Shown: positions 1 through 10,758, numbered from the whole stretch's first letter. The stretch: DNA of 62,345 nucleotides, filler included, from an uncultured Thermoplasmatales archaeon (GCA_964517155.1; 4 parts of 4 records of this genome joined end to end with filler, not necessarily neighbours in it); one strand, 5' to 3'. The notes: a model not told the origin generated them from the letters alone. Program-made: numbers and translations.

Positions 1-26
1 CGGGAGTTCGAATCTCCCTCCTCGCG
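1..26 (+). tRNA. 3' end of a tRNA gene truncated by the window edge; isotype not determinable
   Basis: GGGAG-TTCGAAT-CTCCC T-arm followed by a 7-nt acceptor strand TCCTCGC and discriminator G. Confidence 0.8.
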
Positions 27-71
27 TAAATATAACAAATTTTTTAATATAACAAGTAATTATCGTAGATT

Positions 72-578
72 ATGAAAGTATTTTTTGGTGCTGCGATACA
101 AGGCTCAAAAAACAGAGAAGAAAGAGCAAATGTTCATCAATTTATTATTCAGGCAATTAAAAAACAAGGTTTTGAAGTATATACTGAGCATACAACAGGT
201 AAAACATATGAAGAAGCGATAAAAAAACTAGAGCAAGCAATAGGCAAACTTCCAAAAGATGACGTTCAGCGAAGGATATATGTGCGCAACAAAATGATAG
301 AAGCAGTTGAAAGCAATATCAAAGCAGCAATCTTTGAAGTTTCAAGCCCTAGTTTAGGAACAGGCGTGGAAATTGCACATGCTTATCTAAGACCAAGGAT
401 GGGACTAGCAACAATTCCAATTCTTGCATTATACGAAAAAGATTATTGGCCAAATAAATTATCAACAATGATACGAGGAATATCAAAAGAAAAAGTCCCG
501 CATTTTAATTTAATTGAATATACAAAATTAGAAGATACTGAAGAGGTTATAGCTGAATTTTTAAAATCTATCTTATAA
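72..578 (+). CDS. Nucleoside 2-deoxyribosyltransferase / DNPH1(Rcl)-like N-hydrolase
   Basis: N-terminal MKVFFGAAIQG and EVSSPSLGTGVEIAHA motif with the catalytic Glu. Confidence 0.7.
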   Translation: MKVFFGAAIQGSKNREERANVHQFIIQAIKKQGFEVYTEHTTGKTYEEAIKKLEQAIGKLPKDDVQRRIYVRNKMIEAVESNIKAAIFEVSSPSLGTGVEIAHAYLRPRMGLATIPILALYEKDYWPNKLSTMIRGISKEKVPHFNLIEYTKLEDTEEVIAEFLKSIL

Positions 579-2135
579 TTTTGCTTCAAGCTTTTTTAAC
601 TCAGTAATATCACGTGATATTCCCATTGTACCTATTATATTTCCTTCTGCATCAAACCTGGGTATTTTTGTAACAGATACCCAGCGTGTAGAGCCATCAA
701 CACACGTAAGTTTCTCGACTTTGTTTATTATGAATTTACCAGTGTTGAGTATCTCTTGATCATCATCAAAAGCTCTGCGTGCTTCTTCTTCAGGTAGAAA
801 CTCAAAATCTGTTTTACCAATCATATCTTCTGGTTTAACATTTGAATGAGCGGCTTTTGCTTTGTTTACTTTTATAAAACGGTTATTTTCATCTTTAAAA
901 TAAATTGAATCAGGTATGCTATCCATAAGAGTATGTAAAAGACCATGCTCGCGAGAAAGATTAATCTCTGCAGTTTTTCTATCACGTATATCTCTTATGA
1001 CAAGTACAAAGTTATCAACTTCATCTTGTTGTTTGACAAGGAAAAATGAGCTTAACTCTACATCAATGGTTTCACCTTTTTTATCATAAACTTCTGTTTC
1101 ATGAGCCGTTGAAATCCTATTTGACAGCAATTCTTGGAATTGGCTAACAACAATAGATAAAGATTTTGGAGTGAGAAGGCCCATGCTTAAAAAGTTTTTA
1201 CCTATCAATTGATCTCTGGGTAAATTAAAAAAATCTATAATTTTGGAGTTTACATCAAGTATCTCCCCTCTTGCATCAAGTACGAGCATTCCATCTGTAG
1301 AGCGATCAAATAATCCTCTGAATTTTGCTTCACTTTCTTTAATAAGTTTCTCTGCTTTTTTCTGCTCAGTTATATTTTTAATAACACCTATTGAACCGTA
1401 TATTTCATTTTTATCGTTTTTAAGAACGCTTACTGATATGTCAACATCAATTAAACTTTGATTTTTTGTATACATCTTTGATTCTAAATGATGCTGCATA
1501 CCTTTTTCACGGATACGCTCAGAACGTATTTTTGCCCATTCTTGAGGTGGATAAAGCATTGAGACAGGTTTGTTTAATAGTTCGTCTTCACCCATATTCA
1601 AAAGGGTTTCAGTGTATTTATTCCAAGATACAATACGTTCCTGGTCATCTGTAAGCATTATTGCTACAGCACTGTTATCAAAAATACAGCGATAGCGCTG
1701 TTCTGATTCACGAAGTTGTACTTCTGCAAGTTTTCTATCAGTGATATCCCAAACTAAACTAAGTAAAACTGGTTTTTTATCAAGTGTGAATAAAGAAGTA
1801 TCTATTGCAACAGGAAATTTTGTTCCATTTTTTCTAATGTTTTGACTTTCAAAATTCATACCGCCTTTTGAAATGATTTCTTCAAGTAAAGAACGCCAGT
1901 CAACATTTTCAGGAAAAATAGATTCAATATTCATCTGGTTAAATTCTTCCCAGCCGTAGCCAAAAAGATCACATGATTTAAGATTTGATTCTTTTATCTT
2001 TCCATCCAGAGTGGTTATAAAGGCTGCTGCATTAATTGATTCAAAAAGGGTTTTATAACGATCATAATCTGATGATTTGGAAGGTACATCCTTTTTTTGC
2101 GTTTGAAAAGATTTTTTATTGGATTCTTCTAACAT
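573..2135 (-). CDS. PAS-domain sensor with four PAS/PAC repeats and no output domain
   Basis: Repeated PAS ends DITDRK, NITEQK, DIRDRK, DITELK; no HisKA/HATPase/GGDEF. Confidence 0.85.
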   Translation of the reverse strand: MLEESNKKSFQTQKKDVPSKSSDYDRYKTLFESINAAAFITTLDGKIKESNLKSCDLFGYGWEEFNQMNIESIFPENVDWRSLLEEIISKGGMNFESQNIRKNGTKFPVAIDTSLFTLDKKPVLLSLVWDITDRKLAEVQLRESEQRYRCIFDNSAVAIMLTDDQERIVSWNKYTETLLNMGEDELLNKPVSMLYPPQEWAKIRSERIREKGMQHHLESKMYTKNQSLIDVDISVSVLKNDKNEIYGSIGVIKNITEQKKAEKLIKESEAKFRGLFDRSTDGMLVLDARGEILDVNSKIIDFFNLPRDQLIGKNFLSMGLLTPKSLSIVVSQFQELLSNRISTAHETEVYDKKGETIDVELSSFFLVKQQDEVDNFVLVIRDIRDRKTAEINLSREHGLLHTLMDSIPDSIYFKDENNRFIKVNKAKAAHSNVKPEDMIGKTDFEFLPEEEARRAFDDDQEILNTGKFIINKVEKLTCVDGSTRWVSVTKIPRFDAEGNIIGTMGISRDITELKKLEAKL

Positions 2136-2265
2136 AAAGCATCCTAATTATATTTTTTTGTATAAAATTAATTTTAATATTGTTTTTTCTCCTCTAAATC
2201 TATCACGTGTTGAATGCAATAGTAATTATTTAAATTTACTTTAAAATCGTCAAAAGAAAAAAAGA

Positions 2266-3324
2266 CTATATTTTTGCTAGTTCTTCGTTTAACTCTCTTA
2301 TTGCTTCTATCGGCGTAGGGTCAATATTTCGCAATATCCCTAGATAGCAACTTGTAAAATCACCAAGATACATCGCATACATCATTTTTGCAAGTCGCCT
2401 TTTTGCATATATTGGTATTTCAATTGTAGCCCCTGCTACATCCTGGAAAAGTTTTTTCATGAAATTTAAGCGTTTTATCATATATATTGATTCGTTTTCA
2501 TGATCCCTAAATAAAATACATGCAAATTGTTTTGAAGTTTCTGGATTCATAGACCATCCAACTATGTCATTGTGATTGCATTCTGATATTTCATCATATC
2601 TACATATTAACTTACTGTTCTCGTTAATCTGGGTACACCATCGCTTGGCAATTGGTGTATAAAAATCCCATCCATATACTTGAGGTATTTTATTAAAAAT
2701 TTTTTTTGCAAGTTGTTTTGAAAGATTTTTTTCTTCAGAAATATCTTTTTTATTGTTGTTTTTAACTTCTTCTACAACATGTATTGTTTCTTGAATTTCA
2801 TTATCTATATCTTTGTTTAATAATCCTACTTTTTTAAAAGCATATAAAGAACAAAAAAGTATGTAACCAGTTGCTGCTCTTGGTTGTATACCTGCAGGTG
2901 TTTTTATAAAAGCAACTTCTCTTTTTTCAGAGTATTCCTGTAGTTTTCCACCTGATGCAATAGCAATTATTTTACAATGTTTTTGATGAGCATGTTTAAA
3001 TGTGCTAAGTGTTTCTTCGGTGTTTCCGAAGTAACTTTGAGAAAAAACAAGTGTGTTTTTATTTGCCCATTTTGGCAGATCGTATTGTCTTGTTACAAAG
3101 ATCGGAATATCTATTTTATCTCTCAAAAGACTTTGGATGATATCTCCAGATATAGCAGATGCACCCATACCACTTATGATAATGTTGTCGATTTTATACA
3201 TACTTGTAACATTTGAGTTTTCTACTAGTTGTTCTGCTTCTTGTATCTGTTTTGGAAAGTTTGATACATCGTTTAGCATACCTGATTTGTCGATTTTCTC
3301 TATGGTTTTTAGGTCATCTAACAT
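2266..3324 (-). CDS. Bifunctional phosphoglucose/phosphomannose isomerase (SIS family)
   Basis: GMGASAISGD, SYxGNTEET, PRAA, QINENSK, ECNHND and DPTP motifs. Confidence 0.9.
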   Translation of the reverse strand: MLDDLKTIEKIDKSGMLNDVSNFPKQIQEAEQLVENSNVTSMYKIDNIIISGMGASAISGDIIQSLLRDKIDIPIFVTRQYDLPKWANKNTLVFSQSYFGNTEETLSTFKHAHQKHCKIIAIASGGKLQEYSEKREVAFIKTPAGIQPRAATGYILFCSLYAFKKVGLLNKDIDNEIQETIHVVEEVKNNNKKDISEEKNLSKQLAKKIFNKIPQVYGWDFYTPIAKRWCTQINENSKLICRYDEISECNHNDIVGWSMNPETSKQFACILFRDHENESIYMIKRLNFMKKLFQDVAGATIEIPIYAKRRLAKMMYAMYLGDFTSCYLGILRNIDPTPIEAIRELNEELAKI

Positions 3325-3453
3325 AGTTATTCCTCCGGGTTTTTTCTTATTTTAAATTAATTTAAACCTGTAAATATAGGGTTGTTATTTAGAAGTTTCC
3401 TTTCAGTGTTTTTAATGAAAATGCTTATATCAAAGATTTGTATCTAAAAAAAT

Positions 3454-4086
3454 ATGATAATTACAAAAAATAAGGATTTAGAAAGTGTTCTTTGTTTAAT
3501 TAAAAAAGACCCTGTTTTTATAATTGGCTGTAGTCAATGCGCAACTATTTGTCATACTGGAGGAGAAAATGAAATTAGAGAGATGCTTTCTGTTTTAAAA
3601 GATAGAAATATTAGTGTTACTGGTTGGGTTGTACTTGATCCTGCGTGTCATTTTTTAAATGATAAACGTATTTTAAAAAAATATAAAGAAGAGATTAAAA
3701 AAGCAAAGAAAATTCTTGTTTTAGCCTGTGGAAATGGGGTTCAAACGGTTGCAGAAATAATACAAGACATTCCAGTTATTCCTGGTTTGGATACTCTTTT
3801 TCTTGGTGAAATTAAACGTGCTGATGATTTTGAGAAACGCTGCAATCTTTGTGGTGAATGTATCCTGTATTTATTTGAAGGTTTGTGCCCAATTTCTAGA
3901 TGTCCTAAAAATATGTTAAACGGTCCATGTGGTGGCTCTATAAATGGTAAATGTGAAGTTTCAGAAGATTTGGAATGTATATGGGATGTTATAATCAAAA
4001 AACTTGAAAAACAGGGCAAACTTGATTCTTTGAAAAAAATTGTTGAACCTAAGAACTGGTCTAAATCTTTGGTTATGCGGAGGTGA
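3454..4086 (+). CDS. metV: Methylenetetrahydrofolate reductase small Cys-rich subunit (MetV-like)
   Basis: GCxxCATxCxTGG and CxxCGxC...CPxxxCPKxxxNGPCGG motifs; immediately upstream of metF. Confidence 0.85.
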   Translation: MIITKNKDLESVLCLIKKDPVFIIGCSQCATICHTGGENEIREMLSVLKDRNISVTGWVVLDPACHFLNDKRILKKYKEEIKKAKKILVLACGNGVQTVAEIIQDIPVIPGLDTLFLGEIKRADDFEKRCNLCGECILYLFEGLCPISRCPKNMLNGPCGGSINGKCEVSEDLECIWDVIIKKLEKQGKLDSLKKIVEPKNWSKSLVMRR

Positions 4087-4092
4087 AATGTT

Positions 4093-4998
4093 TTGGAATA
4101 TAAAAGTAATCTTGAAAAAGTTTTGAAAACAAAAGGTTTTGCAGTTACCGCAGAAATAGGTCCTCCTAAAGGTTGTGATAGCGAAAAAATAAAAGCAAAA
4201 GCAGATATTGTAAAAGGTTATGCTCATGCTTTTAATGTAACTGATAATCAAACTGCAGTTGTTAGATTGTCTAGTCTTGGCGGTAGTGTCATTTTGTTAA
4301 ATTTGGGCTTTGAACCAGTTATGCAAATGACTTGTCGCGACCGTAACCGTATTGCACTTCAGAGCGATGTTCTTGGTGCTTGTGCTGTTGGTGTTAGAAA
4401 TATTTTGTTTGTAACAGGTGATCATCAGTGTTTCGGTAATCATCCTAACGCTCGTGGTGTTTTTGATTTGGATTCTATTCAGCTTATTAAGATTGTTAAA
4501 GATATGCGTGATAAAGGTGTTTTTCAGAGTGGTGATAAGATAAAATTTGGCAATCCTAGTGTTTTTATTGGTGGTGCTGCAAACCCTTTTGCAGATCCAC
4601 TAAGTTTTCGTGTCGATAGACTTGAAAAAAAGATTTTTGCAGGTGTTGATTTTATTCAGACTCAAAGTGTTTTTAATCTTCAGCGTTTTAGTTGTTGGAT
4701 GGATGAGGTTTGTTCTAGAGGTTTGGATAAAAAAGTTTTTATTCTTGCGGGTGTGACTCCTCTTAAGTCGCTTAAGATGTGTGAGCGGATGAAGTTTCAT
4801 GTCCCTGGTGTTGATATTCCTGATGAGATTTATAATAGGATGAAAAATTCTAGTGATCCTGCAAAAGAAGGTTTTGATATTTCATTAGAACTTATTAAAA
4901 AGATTAAGAAAATTAAGGGCGTTTCTGGTATTCATATTACTGCTTTGTTTTGGGAGGATATAATTCCTAGTTTGGTTTCCAAAGCAGGGCTTTTGTAA
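4093..4998 (+). CDS. metF: Methylenetetrahydrofolate reductase
   Basis: VTAEIGPPKG, NVTDNQ, MQMTCRDRNRIALQ, TGDH, DFIQTQ. Confidence 0.93.
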   Translation: MEYKSNLEKVLKTKGFAVTAEIGPPKGCDSEKIKAKADIVKGYAHAFNVTDNQTAVVRLSSLGGSVILLNLGFEPVMQMTCRDRNRIALQSDVLGACAVGVRNILFVTGDHQCFGNHPNARGVFDLDSIQLIKIVKDMRDKGVFQSGDKIKFGNPSVFIGGAANPFADPLSFRVDRLEKKIFAGVDFIQTQSVFNLQRFSCWMDEVCSRGLDKKVFILAGVTPLKSLKMCERMKFHVPGVDIPDEIYNRMKNSSDPAKEGFDISLELIKKIKKIKGVSGIHITALFWEDIIPSLVSKAGLL

Positions 4999-5170
4999 AT
5001 TAAAATTGTTTTCTTCTGTTAATAATCTTTTTTTATCTATTTTTGTCATTTTGTCATTTTGGTTTTTTAACGCCAAATCTTTTTATATTGTAACTTGAGA
5101 ACAGTATACATGCTAAAGACTATCTTGCTATAAGATAGCAGGATGGAAATGGAAAAGAAGGTGAAAGGAA

Positions 5171-5887
5171 ATGAAAGTAAAAAAAAGATATTTGATATTG
5201 GCTGTTCTCTTTTTATTTTTGAATATGATTACAGCTACGCAATATGCCGTAACAAAAGTAGGTTATTCATATACGATTGTCCACCCGTCTGATGCATCTA
5301 TTAGATACATCGGATCAGATAACGCAAGTGATGGTGTGCGTGTTCTAAGAGTAGCTGGAAGCAATACAACCAATGTACAGGTAACACTACATCTAGGTGA
5401 TGTATATTCTACAAACATGGTTAGGACTTATTCAGCCGCATTTGGAATTGTAAATGAAGAACTTTATCCTATAAATATTACACATATAAACATATCATCA
5501 GCTAATTTTACATACATGAAAATATGGCTACATGGAAACAGAACGGCTAACGCAAATTCAACAGCAAACGATCCAAGTACTGTTTTCATGTGGAATAACA
5601 ATACAATAGTAAATGCAACTAACACAACAGCATGGATACTCGCCGCAGGTAATCAAAACTCAAGTGATATGTGTTACAATGTATCTAACAGAACAAACTA
5701 CAGCGTAAACACAACTTGGGATGAAACAGCACATGTAAGATATTCTATAGACAACAATAACGCAGTTAGCAGCATATCAGATTTCGTCTGGGTTCAGGTA
5801 ACATTAGATATTCCTGAATCAGTACAACAAATTGGAACAATGACTGGTACTATATGGATTCATCTTGAGTCAGAAGCAGGATCTTAA
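5171..5887 (+). CDS. Secreted beta-rich protein with about 15 N-glycosylation sequons
   Basis: Basic plus hydrophobic signal peptide, dense N-x-S/T motifs, AGGTGA RBS. Confidence 0.7.
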   Translation: MKVKKRYLILAVLFLFLNMITATQYAVTKVGYSYTIVHPSDASIRYIGSDNASDGVRVLRVAGSNTTNVQVTLHLGDVYSTNMVRTYSAAFGIVNEELYPINITHINISSANFTYMKIWLHGNRTANANSTANDPSTVFMWNNNTIVNATNTTAWILAAGNQNSSDMCYNVSNRTNYSVNTTWDETAHVRYSIDNNNAVSSISDFVWVQVTLDIPESVQQIGTMTGTIWIHLESEAGS

Positions 5888-6009
5888 TTTTAAAATATTC
5901 CTCCTCCTATTTTTCTTATTTTTTTATTTTTACTAAAAAACAGTAAAGTATGTATACCTGATTTCTATAGCCGTTATTCGACTAGTTTATACTGGGGGAA
6001 CTAAATTTT

Positions 6010-6987
6010 ATGGCAAAAAAAGAAATGAAAAAAATACTTGTTACAGGCGCTGTAGGTCAAATCGGATCAGAACTTACAATGGCTTTAAGAGAAAAACATG
6101 GAAATGATAATGTTGTTGCATGCGGTCGTAAAACTAAACCTAGTGATACATTACTTAACTCTGGTCCTTTTGAATATCTAGATATAACTGATAAAGAATC
6201 TGTACAAAAAACTGTTAAAAAATATGATATAGACACGATTTATAATATGGCTGCAATACTTTCTGCAGTAGGTGAAGAAAAACCTTTTTTATGCTGGAAT
6301 GTAAACATTAATGGGATGTATAATATCCTAGAAATAGCTCATGAATATGATATGACACGCGTTTTTGTACCAAGCAGTATTGCTGCTTTTGGACCTGAAA
6401 CACCCAGGGTTAACACTCCTAATGACACAATTTTAAAACCAAAAACAATGTATGGTGTTACAAAAGTTGCTGGAGAATTACTTGGGGATTACTATTTTAA
6501 GCGTTTCGGAGTAGATGTTAGGGGCATTCGCTATCCTGGCATAATCAGCAATGAAACCCTTCCAGGCGGTGGAACTACAGATTATGCAGTTGAAATTTTT
6601 TATGAGGCGATAAAAAACAAAAAATATACTTGTTTTTTGAAAAAAGATACAAAACTTCCAATGATGTATATGCCTGACTGTATAAAAGGTACTCTTGATT
6701 TAATGAATGCAGATATTAAAAAACTTAAACACCACTGTGACTTTAACATGGCCAGTATGAGTTTTAGTGCAGGTGAGCTTGCTGCTGAAATTAAAAAACA
6801 TATAACCGATTTTAAAGTTGATTATAAACCTGATTTCAGGCAAGCAATAGCTGATTCTTGGCCTCAAAGCATTGATGATAGTACTGCTCGTAAAGAATGG
6901 GGTTGGAAACCTTCGTATACACTTGAATCGATGACAGAAGACATGCTTGAGGTACTTGGTAAAAGATACAAAGACGGAAAAATTTAA
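6010..6987 (+). CDS. L-threonine 3-dehydrogenase, SDR/NAD-dependent epimerase type
   Basis: TGAVGQIG, PSSIAAFG, YGVTK, PGGGTTDYAV, RQAIADSWP. Confidence 0.9.
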   Translation: MAKKEMKKILVTGAVGQIGSELTMALREKHGNDNVVACGRKTKPSDTLLNSGPFEYLDITDKESVQKTVKKYDIDTIYNMAAILSAVGEEKPFLCWNVNINGMYNILEIAHEYDMTRVFVPSSIAAFGPETPRVNTPNDTILKPKTMYGVTKVAGELLGDYYFKRFGVDVRGIRYPGIISNETLPGGGTTDYAVEIFYEAIKNKKYTCFLKKDTKLPMMYMPDCIKGTLDLMNADIKKLKHHCDFNMASMSFSAGELAAEIKKHITDFKVDYKPDFRQAIADSWPQSIDDSTARKEWGWKPSYTLESMTEDMLEVLGKRYKDGKI

Positions 6988-7051
6988 ATTTTTTTACCAA
7001 TAAGTTTTTCAGCTTACAAATATTCTTTTTTATTAGGAGATATGATTATTT

Positions 7052-8161
7052 ATGCAAGAACTTGAGGAGATTAGTAATTATATGAGCAGTAGTAAAATAG
7101 AAACTATTAAAAATTTTTTAGGCAATGAATCAGATTATCTTTTAAATTTTAATAACCCAAGGATTCCAAAGGAATCTATACATGTACCAGGATCTAGTTT
7201 TGTCGATCGTATTTTTGTGGATTCAGACCGGCCAACGCCTGTTCTTCGTAATCTTAAATCTATTTATAATCATGGTCGGCTTAGCGGCACAGGATATGTC
7301 AGCATTTTACCTGTTGATCAAGGTATAGAGCATAGTGCTGCTGCAAGTTTTACAGCTAACCCTATTTATTTTGATCCTGAAAAAATTGTAGAGCTTGCGA
7401 TAAAAGGTGGTTGTAATGCAGTTGCTTCAACACTTGGAGTTCTTGGCATGGTTTCTAGAAAATATTCCCATCGTATACCATTTATTGTCAAGATTAATCA
7501 TAATGAACTACTAACTTATCCTAATACTTTTGATCAGATTATGTTTGCAGACATTGAACAAGCATGGAATATGGGTGCTGCAGCAGTTGGTGCAACTATT
7601 TATTTTGGCTCTGAGGAATCAAGTCGTCAGATAATTGAGGTTAGCAAGGCATTTAAATGGGCTCATGAACTAGGCATGGCTACAATTCTTTGGTGTTATT
7701 TGCGTAACTCTAGCTTTAAAGTTGGTGGGATAGATTATCATGCATCTGCAGATTTAACTGGTCAGGCTAATCATTTGGGCGCTACAATTGAGGCAGATAT
7801 TGTTAAACAAAAGCTTCCGACTAATAATGGCGGGTATCTTGCGTTAAATAAAGACAGTGTAAAATTTGGTAAAATGGATAAAAAGGCTTATGAAAAACTC
7901 TGCAGCGATCATCCTGTTGATATGACTCGTTATCAAGTTGCAAATTGTTATATGGGTAGAATTGGCTTGATAAATAGTGGTGGAGCATCTGGAGAAAATG
8001 ATTTTGCTCAAGCAGTTCGAACCGCGGTAATTAATAAACGCGCTGGTGGTACTGGTCTTATATCTGGTCGTAAAGCGTTTCAGAAACCTATGGAAGAAGG
8101 GGTTAAACTTCTTAATGCAATTCAAGATGTTTATCTCTGTAACGATGTAAACGTTGCATAA
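7052..8161 (+). CDS. fbaB: Class I fructose-bisphosphate aldolase (FbaB/DhnA type); start may be Met at 7082
   Basis: [21 protein letters not shown] (Schiff-base Lys), [10 protein letters not shown]. Confidence 0.95.
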   Translation: MQELEEISNYMSSSKIETIKNFLGNESDYLLNFNNPRIPKESIHVPGSSFVDRIFVDSDRPTPVLRNLKSIYNHGRLSGTGYVSILPVDQGIEHSAAASFTANPIYFDPEKIVELAIKGGCNAVASTLGVLGMVSRKYSHRIPFIVKINHNELLTYPNTFDQIMFADIEQAWNMGAAAVGATIYFGSEESSRQIIEVSKAFKWAHELGMATILWCYLRNSSFKVGGIDYHASADLTGQANHLGATIEADIVKQKLPTNNGGYLALNKDSVKFGKMDKKAYEKLCSDHPVDMTRYQVANCYMGRIGLINSGGASGENDFAQAVRTAVINKRAGGTGLISGRKAFQKPMEEGVKLLNAIQDVYLCNDVNVA

Positions 8162-8193
8162 AAACTTTCTTTTTTTTGTTTTTTTTCTAAGAT

Positions 8194-8256
8194 TTTTAGG
8201 CATACCAAAATCTATATAAACTATTTTTGATATAATACTATTTAGGCATACCTAAA
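8194..8256. promoter_or_regulatory. Two DtxR-family operator palindromes upstream of feoA
   Basis: TTTTAGGCATACCAAAA (8194-8210) and perfect TTTAGG-CATA-CCTAAA (8241-8256) flanking a TATA-like element; the operon encodes a DtxR regulator. Confidence 0.75.
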
Positions 8257-8259
8257 AAT

Positions 8260-8508
8260 GTGATATCAATGAATGAAAAAATAATATCGCTTATTCAACT
8301 ACCCCAAAAAAAGAAAGCAAAAATAGTATCAATTCAAGGTGGACACCAGTTTAACAGAAAAATGTGTGTGATGGGTTTAAGAGAAGGACAAATAATAGAA
8401 ATTGTATCAAAACAACCTTTCAGAGGACCACTGACAATATCCATTGGAAACTGTAAAATGACAATGGGTCGAGGAATGGCAAATAAGATATATGTTGAGG
8501 AATTATGA
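8260..8508 (+). CDS. feoA: Ferrous iron transport protein A
   Basis: MGLREG...GP...MGRGMA pattern; overlaps the feoB start. Confidence 0.9.
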   Translation: MISMNEKIISLIQLPQKKKAKIVSIQGGHQFNRKMCVMGLREGQIIEIVSKQPFRGPLTISIGNCKMTMGRGMANKIYVEEL

Positions 8509-10226
8509 TTAAAAAAATTGTTTTAATGGGAAATCCAAATGTCGGTAAAAGCGTAGTTTTCTCCAGATTAACAGGTGCAAACGTAATATCATCAAACTAC
8601 CCTGGAACAACTGTAGATTTTTCAAAAGGTAAAATGAGGCTCGATAAAAATCCAGTTGATATCATTGATGCACCTGGAACATATTCACTAGATCCTTCAA
8701 ACAAAGCTGAAGAAGTAGCATTAAAAATGCTAAAAGACGCAGATGTAGTAATTAATGTAGTCGATTCAACAAATCTAGAGAGAAACTTATACTTAACTTT
8801 AGAATTACTTGAAAGAGATATACCCATAATAATTGCTCTGAACTTATGGGATGAAGCAAAACATCTTGGCATATACATAGATGAAAAGCAAATGGAAAAG
8901 ATGCTTGAAGTTCCAGTTATCCCAATTGTTGCAATCACTGGAGAAGGAATAAAAGAATTAGTTGATAAAATCAAAAAAGCAAAATCCCCAAAAAAAATAA
9001 AGCCAACAATTGAAGAAGCAAGATGGATTGAAATAGGCCAAATTATAAAAAAAGTTGAAAAAATAGAGCATAAACATCACAAACTAAGAGAAAGATTAGA
9101 GGATTTAACAATTAAACCTATAACAGGAATACCAATCTCACTGGCAATTATAATAGGCGCGTTTTTGGTTGTTAGATTAATCGGTGAAACTTTAATCGAA
9201 TATGTTTTAGATCCTATCTTTACTAATTATTATTCACCTGTTTTAGAAAGATTAAGTGAAATAATCGGTGATAACTTTTTACATATTTTACTGCTTGGAG
9301 AATACGGTGTAGAGATTGAATTTATTGAATCTTTAGGAGTTTTAACTACTGGTTTATATGTTCCAATTGCTGTAGTTTTACCCTATATTATTGCCTTTTA
9401 TTTTATGTTGTCAATTCTAGAAGATACAGGATATCTGCCCAGGCTTGCAACGCTTGTTGACAATGTTTTTCATAAACTTGGAATGCATGGACACGGTATT
9501 GTTCCAATGTTTCTAGGCCTTGGCTGTAACGTTCCTGGAGCACTTGCTACAAGAACTCTTGAAACACGTAAACAAAGGTTTATTTCTGCAACACTTCTTG
9601 CAATAGCAATACCATGTATGGCACAACTTGCAATGATTTTTGGAATACTTGGTAAATTTGGTGTTTTTTACATCGGAATTGTATTTTTAACTTTAGGGAT
9701 TTTATATGTAGCTCTTGGTCTGATACTGAATAAAGTTGTAAAGGGCGATTCTCCTGAAATATTCCTTGAAATTCCCCCATATAGAAAACCTGATTTGAAA
9801 GCTACATTTAAAAAAACTTGGATGAGAATTAGATGGTTTTTAAAAGAAGCTATTCCTTTTTTATTTTTAGGAGTATTAATCATAAATGTATTGTATGCAA
9901 TTGGCTTTTTACAATGGTTGGGAACAGTTCTTGCCCCTGTTATGCAAGGACTTTTTGGATTACCTGGGGAAGCAAGTACCGCTCTTGTTATAGGGTTTTT
10001 AAGAAAAGATATTGCTACAGGAATGCTTTTGACAATTGATGGAATGGGTCCAATGCAGTTAACAATCGCTGCAACTATGCTTACTATTTATTTCCCATGT
10101 GTTGCAACTTTTGCAGTTCTCATAAGAGAACTTGGTATAAAAGATATGATTAAATCCACAATTATTATGGCTTTCACTACAGTTGCTGTTGGATTTGTTA
10201 TGAAAATTGTTTTATTAGGCGTGTGA
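8505..10226 (+). CDS. feoB: Ferrous iron transporter B
   Basis: GNPNVGKS, NYPGTT, DAPGTYSL GTPase motifs; LEDTGYLPR, GLGCNVP, YFPC membrane motifs. Confidence 0.96.
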   Translation: MIKKIVLMGNPNVGKSVVFSRLTGANVISSNYPGTTVDFSKGKMRLDKNPVDIIDAPGTYSLDPSNKAEEVALKMLKDADVVINVVDSTNLERNLYLTLELLERDIPIIIALNLWDEAKHLGIYIDEKQMEKMLEVPVIPIVAITGEGIKELVDKIKKAKSPKKIKPTIEEARWIEIGQIIKKVEKIEHKHHKLRERLEDLTIKPITGIPISLAIIIGAFLVVRLIGETLIEYVLDPIFTNYYSPVLERLSEIIGDNFLHILLLGEYGVEIEFIESLGVLTTGLYVPIAVVLPYIIAFYFMLSILEDTGYLPRLATLVDNVFHKLGMHGHGIVPMFLGLGCNVPGALATRTLETRKQRFISATLLAIAIPCMAQLAMIFGILGKFGVFYIGIVFLTLGILYVALGLILNKVVKGDSPEIFLEIPPYRKPDLKATFKKTWMRIRWFLKEAIPFLFLGVLIINVLYAIGFLQWLGTVLAPVMQGLFGLPGEASTALVIGFLRKDIATGMLLTIDGMGPMQLTIAATMLTIYFPCVATFAVLIRELGIKDMIKSTIIMAFTTVAVGFVMKIVLLGV

Positions 10227-10230
10227 TAAT

Positions 10231-10710
10231 TTGAGAAAAAAAACAATTGAAGATTATGTAGAGCGTTTATATGATCTTGAAGAAGGAAAAAATAAGGTTC
10301 ATACAAATGATATTGCAAATGCTTTAGAGATTAATCCTGCAAGTGTAACAGAGGTTTTACAAAAACTTAGTGATGAAGGTTTTGTAGATTACGAGAAATA
10401 TGGTGGTGCAACCTTAACAAAAAAAGGTAGAAAATTAGCAGTTGAAACCAAGAAAAAACATGATAAATTAATGGAATTTTTAGTTTTATTGGGCGTTGAT
10501 AAAAAAACAGCTGAAAAAGATGCATGTGAAATGGAGCATTTTTTGCACCCTAGTACAATGGACATTGTGATTAAATTTGTAGAAGTTGTAAATAATTGTA
10601 AGTACAGTCCTTTTTGGCTTAATCGCTTGAAAAATTATGTTAAAACAGGTAAACTTGAAAAATGTCCTGATGAACTAGTTAAAATTTGTATAAAATATTC
10701 TACTAATTAA
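10231..10710 (+). CDS. DtxR/MntR-family metal-dependent repressor
   Basis: EDY, HTH PASVTEVLQKL, KH..L..FL, DACEMEH. Confidence 0.92.
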   Translation: MRKKTIEDYVERLYDLEEGKNKVHTNDIANALEINPASVTEVLQKLSDEGFVDYEKYGGATLTKKGRKLAVETKKKHDKLMEFLVLLGVDKKTAEKDACEMEHFLHPSTMDIVIKFVEVVNNCKYSPFWLNRLKNYVKTGKLEKCPDELVKICIKYSTN

Positions 10711-10758
10711 AAAAATGAAAAGAATATCCCCGCGATTCTGTGGAGGATTTCTTGTTTT

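Noticed and set aside
3025..3036. PGI/PMI motif reads SYFGNT instead of SYSGNT
   Set aside because: Single-nucleotide difference (TTC vs TCC); cannot be told from a sequencing error
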